The notes under the pieces: generated by a model
What the model was told of the DNA's origin: nothing
Databases searched by the model: none
The model's input: the letters and a program-made list of their open reading frames with translations, nothing else
Source: Eledone cirrhosa
Taxonomy: Eukaryota
NCBI GenBank assembly: GCA_964016885.1
Contig: CAXHJY010001246.1
Coordinates: 1 to 64,000, forward strand
Direction: 5' to 3'
DNA: 64,000 nt
Made by a program: the position numbers and the translations under genes
Shown: positions 1 through 13,500 of the stretch, piece after piece
Position numbering within the stretch: the first letter of the stretch is position 1
How the letters are laid out: each line of letters opens with the position of its first letter

Positions 1-788
1 CAATTAAAACGGAAAGTAAAAGAGTGTTGTCATATACAGAGTGAAGAGAGACAGAGTAAAGCAGTTAAATTATAGAGAGGGTGAAAGAGGGAGAGAGAGA
101 GAGACGACGCTCAACTTTATAATATTTGAGAGTGAAGAGAAACAGCGAGAGTAAAGCAGTTAAATTATAGAGAGGGGGAAGGATCTATTATAAAGAGAGG
201 GAAGAGCGACGTAGAGAGTAAAGCTAACAAACTATAGAGAGGTTAAAATACCAACACACAAAGATTATGCCTAAAATCACCCATGCAGCCGAAAAAGAAC
301 GACCAGGAAGATTCGGGTCACTCAAATAAAATATCAATAAATAAATAATTTATATGAATATATCATTCGTACATTCCGTTATTCTATATCTCCATAAGAT
401 TGTGTTCGTTAATATAAAATGCTATAGATAAAATAAGATTTCTCAATTCAATTCCCTAAAGCATATACCAGCAGGCTACCAGCATTGTTGTTATACAGTA
501 GCAGTGAAAATCTCTCTTCCTTACTTGACACCTTATATCTGTATTAATACTACTACACCAAACCACCAGCCCTGTCCATTGTTCAAATATAAATTAAAAT
601 AGGCACTCCCAAAAATTCTTATTTAGATAAAATAAGCCATATACTCATTGTATTCTCATTAAAAACCTTCTATACACTTGTTTACCAGCAAATTGATTGC
701 CATCTGTCATATACTATCCCTTCTGCTCTTCCTTTCTTACAACTAATATAAATACTTTGATTTTTCTGATTTTTTCCAATTTATCCAA

Positions 789-905
789 TATCTCTGAAGA
801 AGTGACAACTGATTATACATTTGCTATCGATTACGTGCTAATATTATGATTACGCAAGCAGCGATACATAGGTATTCCGTCTGTTACAGAAACATATGTC
901 AATAC
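789..905 (+). ncRNA. Degenerate type I hammerhead ribozyme with long stem II insertion
   Basis: CTGAAGA (794-800), GTGACA...TGTTAC stem II base, GAAAC-ATAT-GTC (889-900); stem I pairing is poor. Confidence 0.5.
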
Positions 906-950
906 CTAATAAATTCCTTTATAAAAGCACTTTTATTTTATATTCAACTT

Positions 951-954
<4 letters not shown>

Positions 955-1031
<77 letters not shown>

Positions 1032-1260
1032 TATATACACATATATATATGCATATACACACATATATATATGTATATACACATATATATATGAGTGTGT
1101 GTGTGTGTGTGTGTGTGTATAGATGTATGTATATTTATATTTATGTATATATTATATTTATGTATATATATATATGTATATGTATATATATATGTATATA
1201 TATATATGTATACACATATATATATATGTATATACACATATATATATGTGTGAGTGTGTG
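955..1260. repeat. (TA)n/(TG)n microsatellite, representative of dozens of such tracts in the window
   Basis: Directly visible dinucleotide runs; these generate the [18 protein letters not shown] pseudo-ORFs. Confidence 0.98.
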
Positions 1261-1595
1261 AGTGTATTTGAGTGTGTTTGTATGTATAAATGATAGGAAG
1301 AAGGAAAGCTATAGAGAGAAAACGTGATAACATAAGAAAAGAAAAGTGAATGGCTATTACAAGAAACTCATAAACAAATAGACCTCCAAACAAACAGACA
1401 GACAGACAGACAGTATGACAAACGGACAGATAAGAAAGTGGTACAGACGTACAGATGCTATAAGTCGATGGTAAGGTCACGGAAGTATATTGCAACGGAA
1501 ATGAGTAAACATGGCCGAATATCTATTTACACCATCACCGGTCTTAAGTAGCATGGATTGATTGCGTGTTAGAATAGTTAAAAATATAGATTGCC

Positions 1596-1762
<167 letters not shown>

Positions 1763-1792
1763 CATATGTATATATATATATATATATATGTG

Positions 1793-1859
<67 letters not shown>

Positions 1860-1866
1860 GAACAAT

Positions 1867-2057
1867 TTTAATCCCTGACGGCAGAGCTCAAGCCGCTTCG
1901 ACGGCTATTTCTAGACTCTGAGTCCAGAAATAGCCGTCCAAACGGCTTGAGCTCTGCCGTCGGGGTTAAACTTTTTCCTATTACCCACTCTACCACTCTA
2001 AGTATTGAGTACTCTGGTGCGTTATGGTCCATCTGTTTCTTTACCACACCTCCTTCG

Positions 2058-2060
<3 letters not shown>
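1867..2060 (+). mobile_element. Penelope-like pseudo-LTR piece: ~104-bp fold-back palindrome (1867-1970) plus tail ending in (TA)n
   Basis: Arms are near-perfect reverse complements centred at ~1919. The tail TTCCTATTACCCACTCTAC...TCCTTCGTTATATA recurs at 15604-15690 directly after a GIY-YIG ORF, at 16080-16165 and at 54498-54585 (-). Confidence 0.75.
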
Positions 2061-2090
<30 letters not shown>

Positions 2091-2118
2091 AACAAAAGAT
2101 GGTTAAAAGAGTTCCATG

Positions 2119-2189
2119 TATTTTATTATGCGCATTTCAAAAACAAATATCATCATGCAATAATATTTGTGTTTTCATCAGATAAAATA
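2119..2189 (-). ncRNA. Minimal type I hammerhead ribozyme
   Basis: Minus strand: TATTTTAT CTGATGA aaac ACAAATAT..ATATTTGT tttt GAAA TGCGCA TA ATAAAATA; 8-bp stem I, palindromic stem III. Confidence 0.85.
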
Positions 2190-2296
2190 GGAAGACATGA
2201 TATGAAGGTTAAAAAACACTTGTGGATAGTGCAGTTTTAAATCAACATATCCGATATCTACATTGCTTTATTGTACTACAATAAAACTCACCTCCT

Positions 2297-2382
<86 letters not shown>

Positions 2383-3217
2383 GTGTGTGTGTATGTGTGT
2401 GTATGCGTGTATACGTACTCATACGTATGTGTGCGCCTGAGAGTGTATTACATATGTGTATACATATGTGTATACATATATACATATAACGACAATCATA
2501 TTTTCGAGCGACGATTCTTCAAATCTCTGCCATTGACTCTACAAGGAATGGAACAATATTGGCTGCTGGAGAATAGATATACCATTGATTTATTTTACGC
2601 AGTTGCCATTGTTGCCATTGTTGCTGTTGCTGTTGTTGCTGTTGTTGTTGTTGCTGTTGCTCTTGTTATTGTTTAGAAGAGACGCAAGATCTGGATTGGT
2701 TCATGCAGACCTCTGATAACGTCATCTCTTTGGAGAAATATACGTCTATATATAGTGCAATGATTATTAAGAATATTCGCTCCCCGGATCACTACGTATC
2801 ACACAGAACGTGATACGACAAGATGTCTGCGTTTTCAATATTTCATCATATCAGAGAGAAGAAAATATCTAATAAAAATATGTTTACAACAGGGAACAGA
2901 GATAGATATTTACAATGCACTTTAGCGTAAAGAAATAAAGACATCCATGTATGTATATATATATATATATATTATATATATATATATATTATATATATAT
3001 ATATTATATATATATATATTATATATATATATATATTATATATATATATATTATATATATATATATTATATATATATACATGCATACACATACACATACA
3101 CATACATATATACACATACACAGAAAAACACACACACAAAAATATATACAGTACAAACATATACACAGAAAAGTGTTATACATACAAATACATATACACG
3201 CACACATAAATACATAC

Positions 3218-3298
<81 letters not shown>

Positions 3299-3534
3299 CA
3301 TACATACATATACATACACATATATATATATATATAAAACATACACACACATATATATACACACATATACATAAATGTAGGTGAATATACATATATCGAA
3401 AAACATATGAATACATTCACGCACACATATGCATCAGAAAAAATACATACAACCACATACACACATACGCATAAGTACGGCCACATACATACGCCCGCAC
3501 ATACATATATATATATATAAACACATATACACAC

Positions 3535-3695
<161 letters not shown>

Positions 3696-3919
3696 TAAAT
3701 ACATAAATATAATTATATATATAAAAATAAAAAGGTGGAAGGGGTATTCAAATAGTTGGGAATACGACAAATAATAAATAAAGGTATAAAAAGATCAATG
3801 AAAATAAACATTAAATAACTCTGTATGTAATTATGCATATACATACATATGTATACATACACACACAACCATATACATACAAATATATATATATATATAT
3901 ATATAATTTCTATACTTTT

Positions 3920-3994
<75 letters not shown>

Positions 3995-4388
3995 TATACA
4001 CACTTATATACACACACACATAGTTATATACACACACACACAAGTTACATCACCACATAAATAAAAATACACACACATATATATATACATATATATACAC
4101 ACACATATATATATAATTATATACATATATATATATATTTATATATATACATATATATACATATACACAAACACATACATACACACAGAAATAAAAATCT
4201 ATAAATAAAAAAGAGGTCGGTATGTAAAGGGTAAGGTAGAAAGTAGGGGAATAAGAAAAATAAATAACAGGAAAAAGTTTAAATATAAGAGGAGATAAGG
4301 GAGAAAAAGGATAAAAGGGTACAGAAAGTGAGTTCAGAGAGTAATACAAATCGTAGTGGATGTAAGGCGTAAAGAGCAAAGAAGAAGT

Positions 4389-5131
4389 TCAAGGTGGTTG
4401 GGTCATCGTAGGAATGTCAATCCAGTTACAGAGCAGATGTGATTTCAGGTGAGGACAACATCTGAAGATCTCGGTCTTGGAGTTAAGGCAAGTTGAAGTG
4501 GCTTTCAAATTTTGTAGAATTCTAAATTTTTCAGTGGTACACAAAGAACAATTCTTTGTGCCCCTTTGGTATTCCCTTGAATGGTCTAAGATAGACCAAT
4601 CGATAGTGTACGGGATGTCTTTGTCTTTGAATTCCCACACCTTATTTGCGAAAGCCGTTGCTGTTCTTTTATCAGAGTGTTTAAAAGAGGCGACATTTGC
4701 ATAAAACCTGGTTTTGAACCTGTCCTGAGCCATGCCAACATATCGTTCACTTCTGGCTGGCTGGTTGTTAATCAAAGGTGTCACTTTGGCCTCATATACA
4801 ACGGATTTGGTATTACATTTGCCCTGTAATGGGCATTAATCCGGCTTCCTGCAACTGCATCCTGGATTTATTCTCGTACGATTAGAATTGGGGATTTTAA
4901 ACTTCATGATGGGCAGCAAGAGTAACTGATTTTAACTACATTTCTATTAAATATCTTATAATATCTATGATTAGGGGGAAAATGTTTGTCTAGGAGATCA
5001 AGGAATTTCCTTCCTACATTAGTTTTGACAGTTAAAGAGAAGGGGGTGTCAACCAAATAATTTTCCTTTTCCTATTATTGTGATTAGTTTTAGGGGGAGG
5101 AGTAGGTAAATATTTAATATGTTCTGTAAAG

Positions 5132-5133
<2 letters not shown>
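4389..5133 (-). mobile_element. Penelope-like element 3' fragment (RT thumb/linker + GIY-YIG endonuclease), Hydra-clade-like, degraded
   Basis: [43 protein letters not shown]; CSCR..CPLQGKC..VVY..YVG..FKTR..W..I.W.I..CSLCTTEK..LNSKTEIFRCCPH; stops and frameshifts present. Confidence 0.85.
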
Positions 5134-5169
<36 letters not shown>

Positions 5170-5228
5170 CAAAGCTCTGATACCATCAACACCATAAATA
5201 CAGAGCTAGCATATCTAAGAACTGACTA

Positions 5229-5284
5229 ACTGCCTGATGAGGTCATAGCCATTCAATGGCTATCATCGAAATATATATAGCAGT
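5229..5284 (+). ncRNA. Minimal type I hammerhead ribozyme
   Basis: ACTGC CTGATGA ggtcATAGCCATtcaATGGCTATcatc GAAA TATATA TA GCAGT; stem I ACTGC/GCAGT. Confidence 0.85.
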
Positions 5285-5392
5285 AAATATAGGATTATGA
5301 GTTCATATATATATATATCGATGCTTTCATCCTAAATATATATATATATATATGAGATGTGAGAAAAACCACAGACCCTCCATCTCAACTCA

Positions 5393-5430
5393 CCTTTTGA
5401 AAAGCAGAAGAACTGCGAAACCGGTAAAGG
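5393..5430 (+). ncRNA. Type I hammerhead ribozyme, U3-A8 core variant
   Basis: CCTT TTGAAAA GCAG aagaa CTGC GAAAC CG GTA AAGG; stems I and II pair perfectly, stem III is the palindrome ACCGGT. Confidence 0.7.
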
Positions 5431-5561
5431 AACCAAATAAATATATATATTTAAAAAAAAAATAAGACTCCAGTTGCATTTTCGATTTCATCTCTTTTTC
5501 TTTATACTTTCACTCGTGTAGGACACCTCGGTTATTTTTCATTTTGTAAAAGAAACCTAAC

Positions 5562-5646
<85 letters not shown>

Positions 5647-5978
5647 GACTAATAGTAAGATTAATCACCTTTCTCTCCTGATTAGCTTATCACGAGAGAA
5701 AGGTGATTAATCATGCAGATTACTAACCAGTGAAAAAATTAGTGTGCTCAATACATATAAATTGCTAGACTAGTGATCCATGCGATTAGATGTGAAGGGA
5801 GATAGTTTAACAATCGTATAATAAACAGAGGAAAAAATCATATCTAAAATGGCGGAGAGAACAACAAAGATTTATGAATACATATATATATTTAATGGCT
5901 GACAAGTTGTATCAAATATTGCACAATAATGGACATAGATGTCGACATATCGAATATAAGGATATTAGTACATCAAAC

Positions 5979-6041
<63 letters not shown>

Positions 6042-6069
6042 ATGTATGTGTGTGTGTGTATATATACAT

Positions 6070-6132
<63 letters not shown>

Positions 6133-6143
6133 TATATATATAC

Positions 6144-6192
<49 letters not shown>

Positions 6193-6456
6193 CATGTATG
6201 CACATATATACACATGCATACACTATACATATATACATACACATATATACACATAGACATATAAACACAGATATACACAAATATACATATGCATACATAT
6301 AGATATATACATATATATGTATCTATATACATTCACACACACACACTCACACACAAACACACATATATATATATACACATCTGTCTCACATGACAAGCGG
6401 TGTCAATGGGTATATTGGTGGCTCTTATCATTATTATGGCTGCAGTGATCCTCAGG

Positions 6457-6491
<35 letters not shown>

Positions 6492-6598
6492 TATATACAC
6501 ACATACACGCACAGAAAAACACACATACACACGCACAGAAAAACACACGTACACACACAGACAAACACACGACGTACACACACATATATAATACACAT

Positions 6599-6634
<36 letters not shown>

Positions 6635-6781
6635 ACGTGTTTGTGTGTGTGTATATATATATAAATATGTATATGTATATAAATACGTATATATGTATAT
6701 ATGTGTTTACATGTCTATGTGTATATATGTATATGTATGTATATAAGTATATTATGTATATAAGTATATTATGTATACATG

Positions 6782-6835
<54 letters not shown>

Positions 6836-6862
6836 GTATACATATATATGTATACATATATC

Positions 6863-6904
<42 letters not shown>

Positions 6905-6989
6905 TATGTATGTTTTTATATATGTATACATGTTTGTATGTATATATATATATATATATATACATATACATATGTGTGTATGTATGCTA

Positions 6990-7077
<88 letters not shown>

Positions 7078-7079
<2 letters not shown>

Positions 7080-7282
7080 TAAAGTGTTAAACGATATTCA
7101 ATGAGTATATCAAAGAATGAGTTTTACAGTAGATTGGAAGCACCCTACGAAAAAAATAAATAATTTTCCGGAGTTATTAATATTAAAATATAAATATTAA
7201 TAAAATAGAAAATATCCAAACTAAAAATTATTATAGACATTATTTTGAACTCTGAATTATCCGTGCACTCATTATTGTTTCT

Positions 7283-7365
<83 letters not shown>

Positions 7366-8318
7366 GTATTTAAATGTAACACGTTGAACTCTACTTTATA
7401 AAATTATAACTGTTATCATTTACCTAAAGTATACTACACTACTAATATCTAATATATATCTATATATATACCTCCCTCTATCTAATAATAATATGTTGAT
7501 ATCTTGGTTGAAGAATACTTAGTGCATTTACACCCAGTTATACATAGGTATATATTTATCCTTAACATCCTTCAATCTATTTTATGTTCGTCGTTATTAT
7601 TTACCTTAAACATAATGGCTCATTAATATATACCTATATACATAATAGTTATTTAAATATTTATAACAATAAGTACTTCAAAAGCTTTACATACCTAATA
7701 TATTGGTATCTTTGTTAAAGTTTAAATTTAGGTAAATAATCAACAGTATAATATTTCATTCTTTATGTGCCAGCTAAATCCTTTAAATGTTACCCTCATA
7801 AAATTCAGAAGTTTAGAAATGATTACATACTTATCGAATTTATAAAAATAATATATAAATAACCAGCAAATAATCCTGAAATCTGGAGTCTTCACCCTAA
7901 TATTATAAATTAAATATTTTCAAATTTAACCGTTTAACTTTCGGAAAAAATCTCCTTCTGCATATATCACCCCCTCCCACCCTTTATCTTTCCCTCTTTA
8001 TAAATCCTGAGACGTTTTCCTAGATATAACGTAGTATCATACACTTTAAAACTTTTAGAACAGTTACAGTAAGCAACGTTTTTTCTTACTCACACATTCT
8101 CTAATGAATTTATTACGTTTTCGCATTTTCTCATAATTGGGCAATATATGTAAAATTTTCTCTTGGGTTAATCACTACCTTGATTAAATCTTAACCATTT
8201 AACATCTAATGTCATGTATCATTATATTTTGTCTGATGAGGACGTACTGTTGTACATCCGAAATATGTATAATAAAATGTAATTGATCAAAAGAACATCT
8301 ATTTTATTAATATTTATA

Positions 8319-8325
<7 letters not shown>
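7078..8325 (+). mobile_element. Highly degraded Penelope-like element with pLTR pieces at both ends
   Basis: 7078-7250 is the inverted pLTR tail also seen at 21730-21868 and 31120-31230. There is a hammerhead at 8226 and a weak LYVPAKS thumb-like motif near 7760. Confidence 0.45.
8226..8278 (+). ncRNA. Minimal type I hammerhead ribozyme
   Basis: ATTTTGT CTGATGA GGAcGTAC tgtt GTACaTCC GAAA TATGTA TA ATAAAAT. Confidence 0.88.
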
Positions 8326-8372
<47 letters not shown>

Positions 8373-9653
8373 CATTAGCACATATATATATATATGCAAA
8401 TATATATATATTTGCATGTATGCACATGATATGTATTGTGTGTATATACATTATTATGGTTAATAACTTACCAATAGAACATCGCATATGAAAAACAAAT
8501 CGCAGTTTCATTGAAAAGAAATCAATTTAAGAGTCGCAGTTCCTAGCCGTCTGGCATGGCTTCCTCAAGTACGAATTTTAAAAGTTTCAATGAAACCAAA
8601 CAAAAATTGCATCATGATATATGCACTTATCAGTACTACTCAGAAAAAGCTTTTATTTTTTCGCAAATTCGTTTTCTAAATTCAATAGATATATAATGTT
8701 CATTCATTATTATTCATTTCAAAAATGAAATACGTTAACAGTATAAAAACGAGAAGACAAATAACGAAAAACGAAAAGAACAGAGAAAAGAGAAAAAATA
8801 AAATTAAATAAAAAAAGAAAAAGGTGGGTAGAAATAAGCTGGAGTTAAACTTAATTTCCTAATTTAAATGGATGGATAAATTTTATTCATTCTATATTCA
8901 TTAAAAAATACTTTTTAAAATTACGTTTGTGTGTATGTATCGTCTGTAACTCCTGATAGAATTGTAGGGGCGCCATATGGACAGCGTTTTGGGGGTGAAA
9001 CCTGGTGGAGCCCATCCCTCTCCAGGCCTGAGTACAGCAGAATTCTTCCAGAGAAAGAAAGTGAGAGAGGAAATGGACAAGAGATATAGCGGAAGAATCG
9101 ACCCCAGTACTAGACTTATATTTATTTTATCGACCTCGAAATGATGAAAGGCAAAGTTGACCTCACCGGAATTTGAACTCAGAGAAAGCAAAGAGCTGGA
9201 ACGAATACCACAAATGATTCACTGCCTTAAAATTATGTTTCTAATATCATAATGACTCGAAAATGAGGAAAAAACAAAGTGGAAAGAAGGAAAAGAAAAA
9301 GAGAAAAGAAAGGATGACGGGTGGGGTGAAGTGGTATGGAGGATGGATGCAAGCAATACATTCTTGTCTGGACAGTAAATTACAGCCGCAGCTCAGCCCT
9401 CATGGACAAGCTAGTGAAGTCATTGCCACAGAGAACAGTCACCATATGTGGGGTGGATGGTGATTGACTCTGAATAGCTATTCTTCCCTTTTAAACACTT
9501 CATGTTTCTATTTTGTTCTGCTGCAGGGTTTCAGCTTAGCCTCCTCACCGGACTAGTGTCTGGTGGGGGGGGGGGGAGCCGGATTAGTCACCGACTTCTC
9601 CACCATAAAGCGGGTTGACCTGGGTTACATGGTACCAGTAGCTGAGAAAGGTT

Positions 9654-10176
9654 AAGTTAGGCAATATCATATAGACGTAAAGTTGGGCAATATCATATAG
9701 ACGTAAAGTTGGGCAATATCATATAGACGTAAAGTTGGGCAATATCATATAGACGTAAAGTTGGGCAATATCATATAGACGTAAAGTTGGGCAATATCAT
9801 ATAGACGTAAAGTTGGGCAATATCATATAGACGTAAAGTTGGGCAATATCATATAGACGTAAAGTTGGGCAATATCATATAGACGTGAAGTTGGGCAATA
9901 TCATATAGACGTAAAGTTGGGCAATATCATATAGACGTGAAGTTGGGCAATATCATATAGACGTAAAGTTGGGCAATATCATATAGACGTAAAGTTGGGC
10001 AATATCATATAGACGTAAAGTTGGGCAATATCATATAGACGTAAAGTTGGGCAATATCATATAGACGTAAAGTTGGGCAATATCATATAGACGTGAAGTT
10101 GGGCAATATCATATAGACGTGAAGTTGGGCAATATCATATAGACGTAAAGTTGGGCAATATCATATAGACGTAAAG
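9654..10176. repeat. 26-bp minisatellite, ~20 near-identical copies
   Basis: Unit GGGCAATATCATATAGACGTAAAGTT; period 26 (e.g. 9711, 9737, 9841). Confidence 0.97.
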
Positions 10177-10507
10177 GTTAACTTTGCCTTTCATCCTTAC
10201 GGGGTCGATAATATAAAATACCAGTAATTCACCAGGGTCAATTTAATCGACCTTCCCCTCCCCCAAAATTACTGGCCTTGTGCCTATATAAGAAACCATT
10301 ATTATAATTAATATTATCATTACTATTATCATCATCATCACCACCACCACCACCACCACCACCACCACCATCATTAACTCCATCATCGCTACCACTAGGT
10401 TAACTTTGCCGTTCAGCCTTACTGGGTAGATAAAATAAAGTACCAGTAATTCACTGGAGTAATTGCTGGTGCCAAAAGTATTGCCTTGTGCCAAAAGTAG
10501 AAACAAT
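10176..10507 (+). mobile_element. Two 5'-truncated tRNA-derived SINE copies separated by (CAC/CAT)n
   Basis: Core GTTAACTTTGCCTTTCATCCTTACGGGGTCGATAA..TACCAGT and tail GGCCTTGTGCC..AGAAAC. Confidence 0.85.
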
Positions 10508-10509
10508 TA

Positions 10510-10925
10510 TATAGACGTTTTTTAGACGTAAAGTTTAGCCAAGGAGTTACACGACAATTTATAGACGTAAAGTTTAGCCATGGAGTTACACGACAATTTA
10601 TAGACGTAAAGTTTAGCCATGGAGTTACACGACAATTTATAGACGTAAAGTTTAGCCATGGAGTTACACGACAATTTATAGACGTAAAGTTTAGCCATGG
10701 AGTTACACGACAATTTATAGACGTAAAGTTTAGCCATGGAGTTACACGACGTTTTTTAGACGTAAAGTTTAGCCATGGAGTTACACGACAATTTATAGAC
10801 GTAAAGTTTAGCCATGGAGTTACACGACAATTTATAGACGTAAAGTTTAGCCATGGAGTTACACGACAATTTATAGACGTAAAGTTTAGCCATGGAGTTA
10901 CACGACAATTTATAGACGTAAAGTT
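10510..10925. repeat. 39-bp minisatellite, ~10.5 copies
   Basis: Unit ATAGACGTAAAGTTTAGCCATGGAGTTACACGACAATTT; gives the 13-aa repeat NFTSINCRVTPWL on the minus strand. Confidence 0.97.
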
Positions 10926-11648
10926 AATCACCATTTTAAAAACTGCATATGACTTGTACTGACAAATTTTCTTACGAAATACAATGAAATTTTCACTAAT
11001 TCATTGAAAAGAATTAACAATAGTCTTAGCAACCCAGTTGGTACTATATACCTTATATGTATAAATTATATATAGCTGAAACGGAAATACATGTTTTCAT
11101 TTCTTTTCTTAAACATTTGGTATTCTTATTTTAGCAGTTCGTGATGTTGTTCAGAAAGTATTGCTGGTCTGGTTGCACGAATTTCCGTCACTTGTACTTT
11201 GTCTTGAAATAAAACTTGGAGTTGTTATATTTATATAAATATAGATATATTTATATACAAAACCTTACATCACTATACACACGCTAACACACGGAAACTA
11301 ACATAAGCTAAGCTATTGAATAAATCTTCCATAACCATCAACACAAATCAATATATATTTTATACTTATATATTTTTACTTCTTCCAGGACAATGAGCTG
11401 AGACCCTGCTGGAACACCACCGTTGTCACTATATTATGACCATTAATGTATGCGAGAAATTGACACTGGCGCCATTAATTCTACATCTTAGCCTGCCGTA
11501 GGCTCATCTGGGATTTAACCAGAATGTTAAGACACGTCATAAAAACGAATATATAGACCTTTCAGGCGTTTTGTTAGCATAATGTGGCGCAATAAAATAA
11601 TTGTATTTATATTATAATAAAAAGAAAACACGCATGAATATATTTATA

Positions 11649-12050
11649 TTATCTGTTAAGTGTGTAGGTTGGCAGTATCGGTAGAGGGTCGGACGCCATG
11701 CTTTCCAGCATAGTTACGTCCCTTTACAATCTGAGTTCAAATCCCGCCGAGGTTGACTTTGCCTTTCATCCTTACGGGGTCGATAAAATAAAGTACCAGT
11801 AATGTACTGGGGTAATTGCTGGCCTTGTGCCTAAAGTAGAAACAATTATCTGTTAAGTGTGTAGGTTGGCAGTATCGGTGGAGCGTCGGACGCCATGCTT
11901 TCCAGCATAGAGTTATGACCCTTTACGTTCCGAGTTCAAATCCCACCGAGGTTTACTTTGCCTTTCATCCTTACAGGGTGGATAAAATAAAGTATCAGTA
12001 ATGCACTGGGGTAATTGGTGACCTTGTGCCAAAAATAGAAACAATTACCT
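11649..12050 (+). mobile_element. Head-to-tail dimer of the tRNA-derived SINE
   Basis: Each unit has an A-box-like TGGCAGTATCGG, a B-box GAGTTCAAATCC, the conserved core and the tail; the 5' flank TCTGTTAAGTGTGTAGG is duplicated too. Confidence 0.9.
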
Positions 12051-12204
12051 GTTAATTTACCTGTTGTGTGTGTGTGTGCGTGTGTGTGCGCGTGTGTGTA
12101 TGTGTGTGTGCGTGTGTGTGTATGTGTGTGTGCGTGTGTGTGTGTGTGTGCGTGTGTGTGTGTGCGCGTATGCATGTCGTCTACATCTATCTATGTATTT
12201 ATCT

Positions 12205-12325
12205 ACAGTGTAGTAGAGTAGAGTTTAGAACCAACTCTCTGATCTCTGGGCTACACACTCTATCAAGTAACGTTTCTCCAAAGACCCTTCCGATGAAACC
12301 CCGTTTCAACTTCCTACATTCTCAC
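12205..12325 (-). mobile_element. RTE-type LINE ORF fragment
   Basis: Minus strand reads VETGFHRKGLWR/ETLLDRVCSPEIRE, homologous to 56210-56285. Confidence 0.55.
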
Positions 12326-12394
12326 CACCACCGCCTCGCATTTCTACACAACAGTGTTAATCCCCTCTAATTCTCTAATTAAGGGCCGGTGGTG

Positions 12395-12735
12395 ATGTTG
12401 CTGTTGGATGTGTTGGTGTTGTTGTTGTTGTTACAGTTGTTATTGTTGGTGCTGTTGGTAATGGTATTGATGTTGTTGGTGTTTTTGTGTTGCTGTTGTT
12501 ATTTTTGTTGCTGGTAGTGTTGTTGGTGTTGTTGTTGTTGTTGTTGGTGTTGTTGTTGTTGTTGTAACTGTCGTTGCCGTTGCTGTTGTTGTTGTTGTTG
12601 TTGTTGTTGTAACTGTCGTTGCCGTTGTTGTTGTTGTTGTTGTTGTTGCTCTAACTATCGGTGTTGTTGTTGTTGCTGTAACTGTCGGTGCTGTTGTTGT
12701 TGTTGTTGTTGCTCTAACTATCGGTGTTGTTGTTA
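12395..12735. repeat. (GTT)n-derived low-complexity repeat with GTAACTGTCG/CTAACTATCG interruptions
   Basis: Directly visible. Confidence 0.9.
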
Positions 12736-13194
12736 TAGCAACCGATACCTCACAAAATATGTTTATTTTTCTTTCAACATTCATTTGTCAGTTCCACTAC
12801 TTTGTTACATCCGGAAGCATTTTGTAATGGAAATCTTAGCGATTTGGCATTGTTACACGTTCAACCTTCCCGCCACAGATCTCATGTCTCTTCTTCATCT
12901 CTCTCTCCTCTTCATCTCTCTCTCACTCTCTCCTCTTCATCTCTCTCTCACATTCTCTCCTCTCTCTCTTCTGTCACACACTCACTCCTCTTTCCTTTTC
13001 CTCTTTTTCTCTCACATTCTCTTCTCTGTCTCTTCTTCATCTCTCTCTTTCTCACACTCTCTCTCCTCTTTCCTTTTCCTCTCTCGCTCTCTCACACATT
13101 CTCTCTTCATCCCCCTTTTCATCTTTCTTCCACAATCTCCCCTTTCTCTCCTCTCTCACACTCTCTCTTCTCTCTCCTGTTCATTTCTCTCTCA

Positions 13195-13500
13195 CATTCT
13201 CTCTCCCTCCACAACACTCAGCCTCTCCTCTCTCTTCTCCCCCCAGTCCATCCTCTCTCCCTCCACAACACTCAGCCTCTCCTCTCTCTTCTCCCCCCAG
13301 TCCCCCTCTCTCCCTCCACAACACTCAGCCTCTCCTCTCTCATCTCTCCCTCCTCCAGTCCACCCTCTCTCCCTCCACAACACTCAGCCTCCCCCCCCCC
13401 CCAAGTCCACCCTATCTCCCTCCACAACACTCAGCCTCTCCCCCCCCAGTCCACCCTCTCTCCCTCCACAACACTCAGCCTCTCCTCTCTCTTCTCTCCT
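13195..13500. repeat. ~55-60-bp pyrimidine-rich tandem repeat
   Basis: CTCCCTCCACAACACTCAGCCTC repeated about 6 times. Confidence 0.85.

Noticed and set aside
9654-10925. CRISPR-like appearance of the regular arrays
   Set aside because: Units are head-to-tail identical with no unique spacers, there are no cas genes, and the context is eukaryotic
10419-10934. 171-aa ORF of 13-aa repeats
   Set aside because: By-product of the 39-bp minisatellite, running into a SINE
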